A program made the position numbers and the translations under genes. From Selaginella moellendorffii (lineage: Eukaryota; Plantae; Lycopodiophyta): a stretch of DNA of 64,000 bases. This document shows positions 37,923 through 51,864 of this stretch, in pieces. The notes below the pieces were generated by a model. It made no database searches. It saw only the letters and a program-made list of their open reading frames with translations, and was not told the DNA's origin. Position 1 is the first letter of the stretch; every line of letters starts with the position of its first letter. The stretch covers positions 2,542,719 to 2,606,718 of the forward strand of contig NW_003314273.1 in assembly GCF_000143415.4 (NCBI RefSeq), given 5' to 3'.

Positions 37923-38107
37923 TGTTGGGGAAGGAGGGGTGCCTCCCCAACACTCGCTCAAACACAAGAAATGCTTCAATGCTCTCTACAAAATGCTCCC
38001 CCTTGCTCTGGTGGGGCAAGGGTTTTATGTAAGGAAGATGGAGAATATTCTGAGGACCAGAATATTCCCTCTCTCTCTCTCACTCTTTCAATGGCCACGC
38101 CCTAACA
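37923..38107 (-). repeat. 3' LTR of Tat-like element
   Basis: TGTTGGGG...CCCTAACA, direct repeat of 46726-46888. Confidence 0.92.
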
Positions 38108-41100
38108 TGTGACCACGGGGATCATGTTGGCTCCAGACACATGAGAACCTTCCAAAGAGTGTAGAGTGTACCACTGCTACTGATGCCAAGTGCTAGTAAC
38201 TACATGCAGTAAAAACTCTAAAAAACAAAGTGGAAAAAGAAAGAAAAGACGTAGGTGTGAAGTTTGGAGACAGGGAAGAAAACCCGGTGGGAAACCCTAT
38301 AGTCAAATTGGACCCTGAAGTTAAAGAAAAAGTGCAGAAAAAATGTGAAAAGTGGAGAAAAATAGAGGAAAAAGAGTGAGTACTTAAAGAACTTAATCTA
38401 TACCTGAATTTTGGCTCAGGAAAGTGTGATATGAAAATGAAGCCTCTTGATGACTTCCAGTATGCTCCAAGGATTGGCCAAAATCGAGAAAAAAAGAGAG
38501 GTAAAAGAGGGGATGCATTGCCCAAGGGTGGTAAGTGTAGAAATGATGAAAGATGGAGTGATATGGTGGAGTGCCAAGATGGTGGTGGCACTCTAAAAAG
38601 GTGGCCATCTCTAAAATAAGAGTAATAAGGGTGAAAATAGAAGGAGACATATGCCTCAAACACATATAACTGTTGACCCGTAGAGTAAGCCCTGACCTCT
38701 CGGAGTAGCCGGTAACCAATAACCAGTAACTCGTAACCAATAACTAGGGACCTGTAACCGGTAACCACCTGCTCTCGCTCCTACTCTTGTGCCTGCTCCA
38801 GCACCGATATGGTGGAGTGATATGGTGGAGTGATGGTGGTGGCACTCTAAGAAGGTGGCCATCTCTTAAAGTGTTAGGCCAATGGTCTAATGTGTCGGAC
38901 TGAAGAAGACAACAGCTGAAAAGGACAGCGTAGTTGCTGGGTTGCTGGTAAAGAGAGGTGGCATATGTCCACTGAGTGCTGGAGGAAAAAAAAGTGGCTT
39001 CGGCTTCTGTGGCCTCCCCTAAAGATCCACCTAGGTGCCTTGAGTGAACAAGTTCACCCAGTTGGAAGAAAGTCGCTCCAAAAAAGCTAGTGCATTGTCG
39101 GCAAATAGTCATCAGGATATCTCGGAAATGGCATGTCCAAATGAGGTGGTGTCTTTTGCTACTGGTGCATGTATGTGTGTCCGTGGTATGGTGTAAATGT
39201 GACCTCAAATGGAGATGTGAATGATGGTGAAAGAATGAAAGATGCAAGACAAACATCTTGAGATAAGTGCAGGCAATGCTGCTGGAAATGATTGGTGATG
39301 GAATTGTGAGTGCAAATGATATGGAATGGGTGAGGCAAATGTGTGGGGTGTAGTAATGGTAAGGGAAGGGCCAAAAAACTTGGAACATAGACCGAGCCAA
39401 GTGAGGAACCTCCATACAAACAGCAATGCAGCATGAGCACGAAATCCAAAGCATGGGCCATGGTCCAATGGAGAAACACCCTCTGAAAGTAAGAAAAGGA
39501 GCCATGAAAGTAAAGTTAAAGAAAAGAAGAAAAAGAAAAAGAAGAGAAGAGGAATGCCTCACCAAATGAAACGTTTGAGGTGAGAGTGGTTGTGAGTGTG
39601 TGGGAGCTCATATCCATCATCATCAATTAGCACATATGCTTCACCTCCAATGTGTCACTGGACAAAGTAGGGCCCAGTCTAGCGAGGGGAGAACTTCGAA
39701 GGTGGCATGAACTCCTTGAGTAGAACAAGATCGCCACCCTCGAATGGTTCAGTAGACTGCCAGTGATCAATGACTAACTTGATGTTCTTCTTGCCTCGAA
39801 GGAGACATTCAGTCATGGATTGTCGCTGTTCTTCCAAGGCAAGAACCTCCAAGTCACATGCATGAAACTTGTCCTCATCACTAAGCAGCATCGTTGCTGC
39901 GTATTGAAGTGAAAGTGAGAGTGATGGCATCTGGATCTCCATTGGAAGCATGGCCTCTGTCCCATAGATATTGGAGAATGGGGTTGCAGAGATGGATGTC
40001 TTGAAGGATGTCCGAAAAACCCATAACACCATAACCAAGTGTTCGTGCCAATGCCTTGGGCGATCCTCCATAAGCTTTGAGATGACTGTCTTCAATATCT
40101 TGTTGCTAGACTCGGCCTGGCCATTGCACTCAGGATAATATCTGTTGTTCTTCATGTGCTTGACCTATAGCCCTTGGAGAAGATGCTGCATCACCTGTCC
40201 AAGGAAGCTATTGCCATGATCGGAAATCAAAATGACAGGAACTCCGAATCAAAAAATAATGTACTCGTAAACAAACTTTGCTGTAGAATATTGATTTGCC
40301 TGTTGCAGAGGGGTTGCCTCAACCCATTTCATGAAATAGTCCATCGCCATGATGATGTATCGTTGTCCTTTTGAGCTCAGTGGGTTGATCGGGCTGACGA
40401 AGTCAAGTCCCCACTAGAAAAAAGGACCCGGAGAAGTGATGAGCTGGAAAGGAAGACGTGGAACATGGCTCCGGGGGTTGAATTGTTAGCATCGCTCACA
40501 CGCTTGTGCATAGGCCAAGCTGTCTTGGTGAATCCAAGGCCAAAAGTAGCCATGGCACAAGAGGAACTATGTTGTGATCTATCCCGAGAAATGCCTCACA
40601 CAAGAGTGGAAAGTGTGAAAGAGCTCATGTTCACCCACACACCGCAACAAAACTTCCTAAGAAGTTCTCTTGTAAAGGTGTCTGTCGAATAGGCAAAACC
40701 CCCATGCTCAAATCTCCAATGCCTTTTGTCGCTCTGGTGAGGAATCTATTGGGAACTAACCTGAATCCAGGTATGTTGCAATGTCCTGTAATGCTGCTGG
40801 GACCACAAAGGAAGTAGCTTTAGCAACCAGGAACTTGCTCGGATCCATCACACGCTTCCGCCGCATGTGAAAAGTTGGCTGGAACTCTTGGATGGTCACA
40901 ATCCAAGATAAAGTACAAGGCAATCGCTGTAAAAGAAAGGCTAGCACATTAAAATAGACATGGAAATGGATAAAGGCTTCAATGAGAAAGTGACAAAATC
41001 GCTCCAAGGTGTAAACAACAGCCACTACTTCTTTTTCTATATCCACGTACCTCTTCTCAGTCTCCTTGAACTAATGTGAGGCATAGTATGTTGCATGTGG

Positions 41101-44100
41101 TGGCTTGCCAAGCTGTGAACATTGGCAAAGGCATACTCCAAAAGCCTCTGTACCTGTTGTGATGTAAATGTCGAAAGGAAGTTGTTGTTCTGGTGGTTAG
41201 AGTACCAGGGCCATGTGGAGTGACTACTTCAGTGATTCAAAGGCTTGTTGTTGGGACTCACCCTAGACAAATGGAACATTGTGTTGTAGCAGAGCTATTA
41301 GAAGCCGTGAATGTGCAGCATAGTTGTGGAGGAAACGGCGAAAGAAACCTGTTTGCCTGAGGAAGTTGCAAAGCTGCTTCATGTTGGTTGGTGGGTTCCA
41401 ATCCAGAATCTCATGAGTCTTGGCTAACTAGGGCTTGATCCCATCCTGCAAGACATCAAAGCCTAGCAATCGGCCTTCAGTCACCCCGAATTTACACTTT
41501 GCTGGGTTCAATGAAAACCTGTGTTGTTGGCAGCAAGTGAAGATCTGTTCCAAGTGCACAAGGTGGTCCTCAAAAGAGTTAGAGGTCATGCACAGATCAT
41601 CCATATACACCCTCAAGGTGCCTCCAATCAAGTCGTGAAAGGCGTGGGTCATAAAGCACTGAAAAGTAGCTCCGGTGTTATACAAGCCAAATGGGAGGAT
41701 GTTGAAAGCGAAGACACCCAAGGTGTCCAAAAGGCTGTAAGATCTCAATGATCAAGATGAATGAAGATCTTATTATACCCTGAAAAGCCATCCATAAAAG
41801 AGTAGTAATGGTGCTCAGCCATCTCATCCACAATTGCATCGATAAATGGAGCCAGAAAGTGATCTTTCATAGTTGCCTTGTTCAAGTCTTGAAAGTCAAT
41901 GCAGAGGCGGAGTTTTCCATTTGCCTTGCATGCAGGGACAAGATTGGCCACCCACTCTAAGCTCTCCAAAGGGTAAATAAAGCCGACTGCCAGAAGTCGC
42001 TCGATCTCCAACTTCATCTCTGAGTGAGCTGCCGGGCTGAAACGCCACATCTTTTGACGGACTGGTTTGGCTGACTCTGAAAGCACAATATTGTGCATGA
42101 TTGTGTCCATGGGAACTCCTAGAAGCTGGCTATAGTCCCAAGCAAACACATCCTTGAAACAGTGAAGGAGATCCAAGAGCTTTGCTGCGTTTGTTGAAGC
42201 AAGTGATATGGTGATAAAGACCAGGTCCTTGTCATCACCTAGGAAAACAGCACAAACCCTGGAGTCTAGAGAAACCTTGGGCTCAGGGGGCTCATCTATC
42301 TTAGATTCCTCCATGACCTTGGAAACCAAAGAGCAAGGAGTGCCTTTTGCCTCTCGCATCATGGTGATTGCTTGATGTGATAACTTGTCCGCCCAAAAGT
42401 TTTCTTCATGAGGGATACTTTGAAAAGTCACATGAGAGAACTCATCCTTCATGTTGACTGCCTGCTGCCATAGCTCTTTCAAGTTCTCTTTTCGGACTTA
42501 ATATTCTCCAGTAAGTTGGCGTATGATGAGTTGTGCATCTTCAATGAAAGTGACTCACCTAAACTTGAGATCTATGGCCAACTTCATGGCAAAGTGATAG
42601 AGAGGTCGGCTACTTTGGTCTCTGCAAAATCAATCATCCAAACTCCAATGCCGGCAACCTGGTTTTTGGGGCAGAAAGCACTGTCAAAATAAGCTGTAAT
42701 CATAGGAGTGTCCTCTTCTTCAAATAAAGATGCTAGGGACACCACATCTTGCAAGACTATCTCTAGCAAGTCAGCCAAAAACATTTCTGTTAGATTTGGA
42801 GTCTTTGTCTGTTGTTCTCTTTGCTTCTGATGCTCTGAGCACTCAATGTCCAATGCAAGGACTGTAGCCAAGTACTCTGCAAGTGAAGGAAGATCCTCCA
42901 CCAAAGTCAAGTCCAAGTCTGATGCTAAAGTTTCAGTGTAATACACTTGGATTTGTGCCAGGAGCTCCACGGTAGGAAATTTTGAACTCAAAGAGCTATA
43001 ACTCACATACAGCACATCTGATTGGCTTGATTCTTTCTGCCAATTCTGTGTCTGAATGTCATCTTCCATCTCTAAGAAACAGCATGACAAAATGCGCTTG
43101 GAGTCATCAGCTACCACGATTTCAGTAGGAAGATGCTGGCTGTGTGACACCTCAGATAGTTGTTGAGGAGGATTGAGTTCAGCTGTGTCCTGTGAAAGAT
43201 GGACCTGATCTAAAGTGACTGTATCATCAAGTTTCATAAGAAAGAGTTGGTCCCATGCAAGAAACGAATCGAGAAGCCCTTCCTCTATCAAGAAACACTC
43301 CAAAAAGCTGGATATAGAAGCCCATACACTATAAGCCCTGCCATCAAATAAAGAGGGCGTGGTTAGAGGCTCGGCCTTACTCTCAAATAAAGAGAGTGAA
43401 GCTGAGAGATGTCTCGAGCTATCTGACTCACCTCCAACCATGTCAATCGCATTGTATGAGAAAGCATTTGTCCTATAAATGGTCGACACCACCGCCAACT
43501 CAGGAAAAACCTCTATGAGCTCAGGAGGGAAGTGTGGTGTGGAGGCCATCTTAGCCTAAGCCTACTGGGCTTGCTGAGAAAGAGCTCTACCGTGGTTGTT
43601 GAGAAAGGTGGTGCTATGGATTCCATTGCTAATTTCCATCTTGCCTTGTGCGCTGTCAATGGTGCAATGGGCTGTGACTTGCCATGAGTGGCCAAGAATG
43701 ATAGAGTCCTTCAAAGAAGATGTTCCAAGACATTGGTGGTCAACCACGAGGAAATCCACCTCAGAAATAACACCCTGCACTGAGACCTTGACACCACAGT
43801 AAATGCCTATTGAAGGAACAATGTGGTTGGCGAAGGTCTTGAGCACGATGGAGGAGTTTTTAATGATCTGTAGCTATGCTGAAAGGGTAGCTTTGAGAGA
43901 GATAATGTTGCTTCTAGAACCGGAATCAACCAAAGTATCCATCCTACAAGAGGAAGTACCAATCTGCACTGGGATGAAGACTGGACCAGGATCTCTACCA
44001 TATCTTGTCATGTCGACAATGTGCACCTCTTGAGGAATCCTCTTGAGAGTGCTCTCTAGTGTTCTTGACCGTGCAAACTCCTCTAAATGCTGGCCGAATC

Positions 44101-46725
44101 CTGGGACAAGACACAATATGTTTCGAAGCGAAAAGGTGTCGGGAGTGTCAACCACCTATTGAAGAACTAGCTCCAGAATAGAAATAGCTACTAGTGAGAT
44201 CTCAGAAGGAGAAGAGAATAGTGACTTGAAGGGGAGCTTACAAGCCACCCTTTGTGTCACTAGATCTGATGCCAACAGAGATTCACTCTCAATTTATGCC
44301 AGGGGATCTATGGGAGGCTGAGTGGCTACCTTCTTCTTCGTTTGGGCTCGAGTGGCTGTGGTTTGCTATTGTTGCCTATAGAGTTCCTCGGCTACCAAAA
44401 TTATGTTGACCGATGAGGTGGGTGCCTTGCCTTTGCTTGACGAAGGGGCTGCCTCAATTGCTTTTTGCTCCAACTGCTCCTGATATGTCTCTGGGCCTCG
44501 AGACAATGTGGAATTATCAACAAAGGAACATTGTTGGACACATTGAGAAGGTGGAGGCCAAAGCTCTGGGTGAAGCTTGAAGCAGCACTGTGTGTTGTGT
44601 GTGTTCGTCTCGCAATGAGTGCACCAATGGGACTTAAATCTGCGTTCCCGAGCTGTAATGGCCTCTTTCCTGGACTCCACCAGCTCTTGGAGTAGTTTGT
44701 CATGGTGTGATTGTTGCTGAAGAATGATCTCCTTCAGTTGCGGCATCTCATTGGTAAAGTTCTCAAGAGCCGAAGGTGTATGCTCAATACTGATGGGCTT
44801 TGGTGTGGACGGGTGAATAGCTGCACAAGGTGACTCTGACGGGGTGATGGCTTGGTCAAAATCAACTCTAGCGATCCCCAAGTCGACAAAAAACTCTCTT
44901 TCCTACTTCATGGCAAACAAAAATGCCTCATGGCAAGACCTGAATGTCTTCTTGAGAAGTTTCCACTGGAAGTTCCCACACAGACATACTGTGAATGCCG
45001 TATCCCCTGTTGCTCATCTTGGACCACTTTGTGATCCCAACATTGCTTCTAACATGCTTAAAACTGGGTGATATAGTCAGGAAAACACTCATGAGCACCT
45101 TGCTGAAATGAAAAGAGGTCGACAAGTAGCCAATTTATGGGTTTTTCTTCAACGAAACATTCTCTAAAAGAAGCAAGTAGTGTCTGGAAATCTGTCTGGT
45201 CCTTTGGGAGGAGAAAATCTACCCAAGTTGCTGCTATGCTTTCGAGAGACTACAAGAAGTCGCAGCACATACAATCATCATCGACAATCATGTTTGAGGT
45301 GTAGTAGTAATCAAAGCGACTAATATGTGATGTTGGGGAGAATGTTCCAACACCTGAGATGGTCGGGAGATCACTCCTTTTCTGCAAAACATGAAGCTGA
45401 GGTCAAGCTAAAGGTGGCTGCGCCATAGCTCATAAATCTAAGTCACTGCAATTTGCTGAGGATGAAGAGGACTCAGCTCGAGAAGGTGTTGTGTCATACC
45501 TAAGTTGCTTTTAAATGTTAGAAAGTTTACTCCATACCTTAGGGCTTTGAGGTATGGTAAAAGGGTGCCAATTTGTCACATGTCTAGTTTGTACTAGCAT
45601 CAAATACCCTGAACATTGCAAATGTTTGGTTAAGGCAACTGGGTTGACAAGAGCAAGAAGATTGTAAGCTAGTGCTCAAGTCTCAAAGTTGCCCAAAATG
45701 CCTATGACGAAGAGAAATAAGGGTGAAAATGGAAGGAGATGTAGGCCTCAAGCACACATAACCATTGACCTGTAGAGTAAGTGCTGACCTCTCGGAGTAG
45801 CTAGTAATTGGTAACCAGTAACTAAGAACCTGTAACTTATAACCGGTAACCCCCTGCTCTCGCTCCTACTTCTGCGCCTACTCCAACACCAACTCCTACC
45901 CTTGCGCCTACTCCTATCCTCGTGCCAACTTCTATTCCTACTCCTATTCTTGTTCTTACGCTTACTCCTACTCTTTGAAGATTGCTTCATTCCCAAGGAA
46001 CTCCCAACAAAGTTTAGCCCAACAGAGAAAAATGAGTCCTTTGGTCTCGATCTTTCCCCATTTTGACTGTTGGTGGGCTTATTGGAAAGGGCTCAGCTTT
46101 TTCTATCCTCTATCGCAAGAATTTGTGAAGAAGATGCCTCAACATTCCTCGAAATCCAAGAAGAGGTAGCCCAAAACACAAATATTGTGGAAAAACATGT
46201 GCATGTCACTGATGTAGATCGATATTAAGGCGCTATTGGTATTTTTGGAAAGCCTAGGACCAAGAGCACCTCTAAAAATAAATGGTATCTAAAACAAAGC
46301 CTGGAGGAGCATGAATTCTTGCTACAAAGATGACCCAATTTAGCTGAAGAAGAAAATCTTATTGCATGCCGTTAATTTGCCCAAATCTAACGCCAAGAAT
46401 CACCACTACTCATAGATCTAAGCCAGATCTTCAAGCCCAAATGCACTACTTTGAGAAATTGGGCCGAGCATCTAGGCAAGAAAGTGAAAACCCCAAAATG
46501 TTCATCAAACTAAGCCAAGAAACGTTGTATCTCTTTAAATATTGTATGGTTTAATGAGTGCCATACCTTGCTAGAAAGAGGAGCTCCCAACCTATCCAAC
46601 ACGCCTAAGATCAAGCAAAACCACCACAAGACGAACAAAAAATTCCTTCCCAAAGTCTGCGGCCAAAAGAAAAAAAGAGAAATGATGCCTCCGAAAGTGT
46701 TGCGCATCACATTGGATTCACCATT

Positions 46726-46888
46726 TGTTGGGGAAGGAGGGGTGCCTCTTCAACGCTCACTCAAACACGAGAAATGCTTCAATGCTCTCCACAAAATGCC
46801 CCCCCTTCTCCTTTGGGAAGATGGGGAATATTCTAGGGACCAGAATATTCCCTCTCTCTCTCACTCTCTCAATGGCCACGCCCTAACA
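46726..46888 (-). repeat. 5' LTR of Tat-like element
   Basis: Followed on the minus strand by PBS TGGTGAATCCAATGTGAT (46723-46706). Confidence 0.92.
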
Positions 46889-47516
46889 AAATCTAGATTA
46901 GACTGCAAGGAAACCTTTGTTGCCAGAGATCTCTTGGCAATCAGAGGGGGATTGAAATCCATGGCGCTCTTGTGGTCAATCCATCGCTGCTGTTAACAAT
47001 TTCCATGCCTTGGATCAGCTCCACTGTGACTGTCACTCTGTGGTGGCGCTGGAGATTCTTGAGCTATGGTGATGACTGATCTGACACTGCTACCGTTGTA
47101 GCTAAGGCAGCCACAAACCTCGATGCCTTGCGATGCCGTGGAAATCCCAATCGCCCAAATGGGCTAGATCCAATATGTATTCGGCATGACATACTTTTTT
47201 AGCTCTTGCTTCACATAACCCTAAATCTCACAATTAGGTTTTGGGCTTGAGGGCACCACCAAGAATCACAATAGCTTGCAGCAAAAGGTCAGTCTTTCTT
47301 CTTAGTTTGTGGCACACCTTTCTTCGGCAAGCAATTGGAAAACCCTAGACAAACACACAGAACTAAGCACACACTAGGTTCGTGTTTGTTTATATCCTTA
47401 GTCTCCACCACATATTAAACATTATTTCATATTTCTCTTGTAAATTTGAGTTTGTTTACAAATACGAACCTGTATAAGCTATAGTTTTCTAGCTTTGTAC
47501 TTGAAAATTTTAAATT

Positions 47517-50500
47517 ATGCCTCGCCTTCATCATCTTCTTAGAACTATAAGAAATACCAATCATTTAGATAAGAATTTTGATACTAACAATTCTGATAAA
47601 CACCCTGAGCCGCTTCAAACTACTTCAGATCAAAATGAAATATATACATATCAAGCAATATCCACTACACACTCTCCATCTACACAAAACACACTAGCAA
47701 GTCACACTATTTATAAAGATTCATAAATTTCAACTTTTGAAATTGGTATTTTATCATCTATTTGTGTTTTTTGTAATGCATCACATTTTAAAAATGACAT
47801 TAAATTGAACTTTTGTAAGCTATATTCTTATATAGATCACATCTTTAAACTCATTGAGGAAAGCCTTTTAAGAACATTGCTATGTGTTATTAATATGGTC
47901 AAGTGATATTGCCACCTGTATTACCTTTGCCAAATACTTTACTTACGCTTTACAAACAAAACAAAAACTCAAATTTCAGAACTAATATTAAACACTATAA
48001 TAGTGCCCTTGCATTTGCATCAATGGGTGTTAACATTGACACTTTATGGGGTAACAGTCTTTATTGCTTTAGAATTCATGGGCAGATTTACCTTAGTGTC
48101 ATATTATCACATTTTTCTGGTGATCAAACTCCATCTTACAGGCAACTTTATATGCTAGATACACAAGAAGCCACAGATAAAGGAATCAAAACCCATTTAA
48201 TACAAGTTGTGAGTGAGATTTACTATTATATCTTGATACACTCCTTTATCATATTAATCCATATGTACATGCTTATAGAATGATGTATAAAATAAAATAA
48301 AAAGAACTTCATGAAGTAGCAGTTATAAGCTGTCCTTTACGTGGTGTTTATATGTTACTAAGGAATGAAGGAACAGATAATCAACATTATAATATACCAC
48401 AAACAAATGATGTTGCTGTTGTTTTTGTTAATGAGAATGAAGAACCCCTACGTGGATGTGAAATTTATATATATCCTATAGCAAATCATTTTCAAAAGAT
48501 TTCAACACTTGGTGTTAATTATGATCCTATGGTTTATCTTTTGATATTTCCTTTTGGTGATAAAGAATGGCATATAAATATTTTGAATACGTGACAATGT
48601 CAAACTATATTACTTCTATATTATATATAATGCTTATCTAAAAGAAACACACTACAATTAGGTTTAGACCAAATCTTACATGCTGGCAAGCTTACTCAAC
48701 AATACATTGTTGATGCATAATTCTTTTTGGTGGGTACGATAGTAATATAGGTTATTACCTATATTACTATTGTACCCACCAAAAACAATTATGAGTAGAA
48801 ATGTATACTAGTCTTATGGATTATGTTGCAAATCGTGTTTCAAATGAAAATATAAACCTCAGTAAAATTGTTATACTACCTTCAACTTTTGGTGGTGGAC
48901 CTAGAGCAATGCAAAAAAATTATCAAGATGCAATGACAATTGTTACTCATTATTCAAAACTAGATATTTCCATTACTTTCACTTGCAACCCTAAATGGCT
49001 AAAAATTAAAAAAAAATTACATCCAAATGAAAGTCCTAAAGACTGTCCTAATTTTGTCTCTAGAGTTTTCCATATTAAACTTAAAGAATTTTTGAAAGAC
49101 ACAATAAAAAGATATGTATTTGGGAAATGTATAACATATATATATATGTAATTGATTTTCAAAAAAGAGGTATCCCACATTGTTATTTTCTAGGAATTCT
49201 AGCCCATGAAAATAAAATTAAAGACCGTGATGCAATTAATCAATATATCATGGCTGGATTACTAAATCCTCGTGACAAATCTGAACTTTTTGAAATAGTT
49301 ATATGCATGAACCGTGTGGAAATTTTTTATCCTAATAGTCCTTGCATGGAAAATGGTTCTTGCTTGAAAGGTTTTTCAAAAAAATTTAATTATGAAACAA
49401 CATTTTCAATTAATAGATATCCAGATTATTATATACTAAAAAACAGACATACAGTTTTTAAATATGGTTATCATATGGATACCCATTGGGTTGTACCTTA
49501 TAACAAGTACCTCTGTAAAATATATAAGGCTTATATAAATATTGAAATATGTGCAACTATAAAAAGTATTAAATATCTATTTTAATATGTTTATAAAAGT
49601 TATGATTGTGCCACTATTAAAATCCATTCAACAACTCAACAACATGATAATAGCTTAAACTAGGATTAAATTTCAAGTTTTTTAAATACTTATTATGTTT
49701 TTGCTCCAGAAGCTATATGGAAACTTTTCCAATTTAAAATGCATGGTCATTCAACACTTATAATTTGTCTTCCTCTTGATCTAGAAAATATTCAAAATGT
49801 CTATTTCATCAAAGGTAATAAGCAAATTAAGCTTCAAAGAGCTACTCAAAATAATACTATGTTAACAAAATGGTTTGAATTAAATAGATATGATCCAAAT
49901 GCAAGGCAGTATACATATCTTGAAATTCCTTTACATTATACATATAATAAATGCACTCACTGTTAAATATTAGCGAAATATTATCTCACAAATGTATTTT
50001 GTTTCCCTATCTAATACTAAACGTTATTATTTACGTCTTATATTACTTTACAAAAGAGGCACTACTTCTTTTAATGATCTAAAAACAATTCATAGTATTT
50101 ATTTTGAAATATTTCAACTTACTGCATCTGCTATGGGACTTCTAGCAGATAATACAAAATGAGAAAAATGTTTAGAAGATGCTTGCTCTTTTAAAATGCC
50201 ACCACATTTAAAAAAATTTTTTTTTTTTATGTGACTTTTGTAATCCAAAAAATCCTTATTTCTTGTGGGAAAAATTCAAAAACTCTTTTTGTAAAGATTT
50301 TATGCTAATAGATCCATTACTTTGTTATGAGTGTGCTTTACATGATATAAATAGGAAATTCAATCTATATAGAAAATCTAATCAAGATTATGAATTGCCT
50401 TTATTTTATACAATTTTTGATGCAAATAATCATATTAATTTCACACAGTCCATTCATTCTGTAGAAAAAAAATTACTTCAGTTTAATGACTTAACACTGT

Positions 50501-51721
50501 TATACATACGTTTCAAGTTCTAAACAAAAATATAATTAGTATGTTTAGACAGATATTGCAAGCACTTTACTGCATAATGACTTTTAAACTTTTAAACTTC
50601 CTGTTCCAATAAATGAAATTTCTAGTTCTACTATTACAGCTAATAGTAAAGCAAGCCAGAAAATTAAAAATGCACATATGGTAATATGGGATGAAATTAG
50701 TATGGTTCATACACGTGCATTTTCTGCCATTAATTTAGCATTACAAGATATAAAAATAAATGAATTACCTTTTGGAGGAATTGTTATTATTACAAGTGGT
50801 GATTTAGACAAACATTACAAATTATTCCACATGGTCATCAAGCACAAATTATTTCAAATTCAGTAAAAATGAATACGTTATGAAAATTTTTTAGAACACT
50901 TCCACTAAAAAGGAATATGAGACTAATTGAAACAACTCTTTATAGACTGATTAGCTTCTTCAAATTGGAAATAGTAATAATTTACCCAATTTGCCTTCAG
51001 AATCTATTGTATTACCTTACATATGGTAATAATATCCTCTGTTTGTTGATTTTGTTTTCCCATCTCTACAGAATATTCCAGACCTCTACATTGCATTTAA
51101 TAGTCATACTTACCCCACATAATGATGATACTTCCTATTAATAATGCTATAGTCTCTTCCTTACCTAATGATATACATATTTATAAAAGTGTTGACTTTG
51201 TTGATACTAAACACCCAAAAGATTTTTCAGTTGAATTCTTAAATTCCATTACTCCTTCTAGTCTTCCACCACATAAACTCTTGCTTAAAGAAGGTATTAT
51301 CCTTATTCTATTAATGAATATATGTCTCGACTAGACTATGTAATGGTACATGCTTCATACTTAAACATGCATTACCAACAGTTCTAGACTGTGAAACTGT
51401 ATTAGGCTAATTCAAAGGTACATGAGCTTTCATCCCTTGAATCACACTCACACCTTCAAATATAGAAATTCCATTTAAAATGTCTAGAAGACAATTTCTA
51501 GTGCGTTTAGGGTATTGCCTTACAATCTCTAAATGTCAAGGCCAAACATTTGACCGAGTCAGAATACACTTGCCATATCCAATTTTCACCCATGGCCAAC
51601 TTTATGTTCACTAGCAGGATTAGGCATTAAAGTACAGAACACATCACTCCAAGGATAGTTATTCCCTTTGAGTCCTTCTACTTTCACTATCAACATAGTA
51701 TATAAGGAGGTTTTATATTAA
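47517..51721 (+). pseudogene. Helitron Rep/PIF1-helicase (RepHel), degenerate
   Basis: NIKHYNSALAFASMG; LPSTFGGGPRAM..YQDAM; ITFTCNPKW; DFQKRGIPHCY (decayed HUH); KYLF*YVYK; IWDEISM; LPPHKLLL; TISKCQGQT; FTHGQLYV; many stops and frameshifts. Confidence 0.95.
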
Positions 51722-51864
51722 ATCCTCCATGCATTGTTTGTAGCACTAAAGCAAATTCTTGATCAAGAATGCTGTCCTATTAGCAAGCTGCTTTATTTGT
51801 TCATTAGACTTACCATTCAAAACAGTATTTGTTAACAAGACAGCATATGCTAGGCAAGTGCTAG

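Larger units (their letters stand above)
37923..46888 (-). mobile_element. Ty3/gypsy LTR retrotransposon, Tat-like with additional RNase H, degenerate
   Basis: LTRs 37923-38107 and 46726-46888, AAAT on both flanks. Minus-strand order: gag, protease (LVDSGS ~43925), archaeal-type RNase H (~42700-42350), RT (LRLCIDF, YMDD ~41600), RNase H (~41200-40850), integrase (LDFVSP, YYPECNGQAES ~40700-39680). Many stops. Confidence 0.93.
33581..51864 (+). mobile_element. Putative full-length Helitron with nested insertions
   Basis: 5'-type end TCCAATAATAAGG at 33581 (homologous to 22515 and 51865), RepHel at ~47517-51721, hairpin and CTAG|T at 51864. The 5' boundary is less certain because it is not preceded by A. 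Confidence 0.55.

Noticed and set aside
38193-39565. 191 aa and 273 aa minus-strand ORFs as env-like or extra genes
   Set aside because: Low-complexity F/S/L/H translations of pyrimidine-rich UTR and heptamer repeats with no recognisable domain; an eroded extra ORF cannot be fully excluded.
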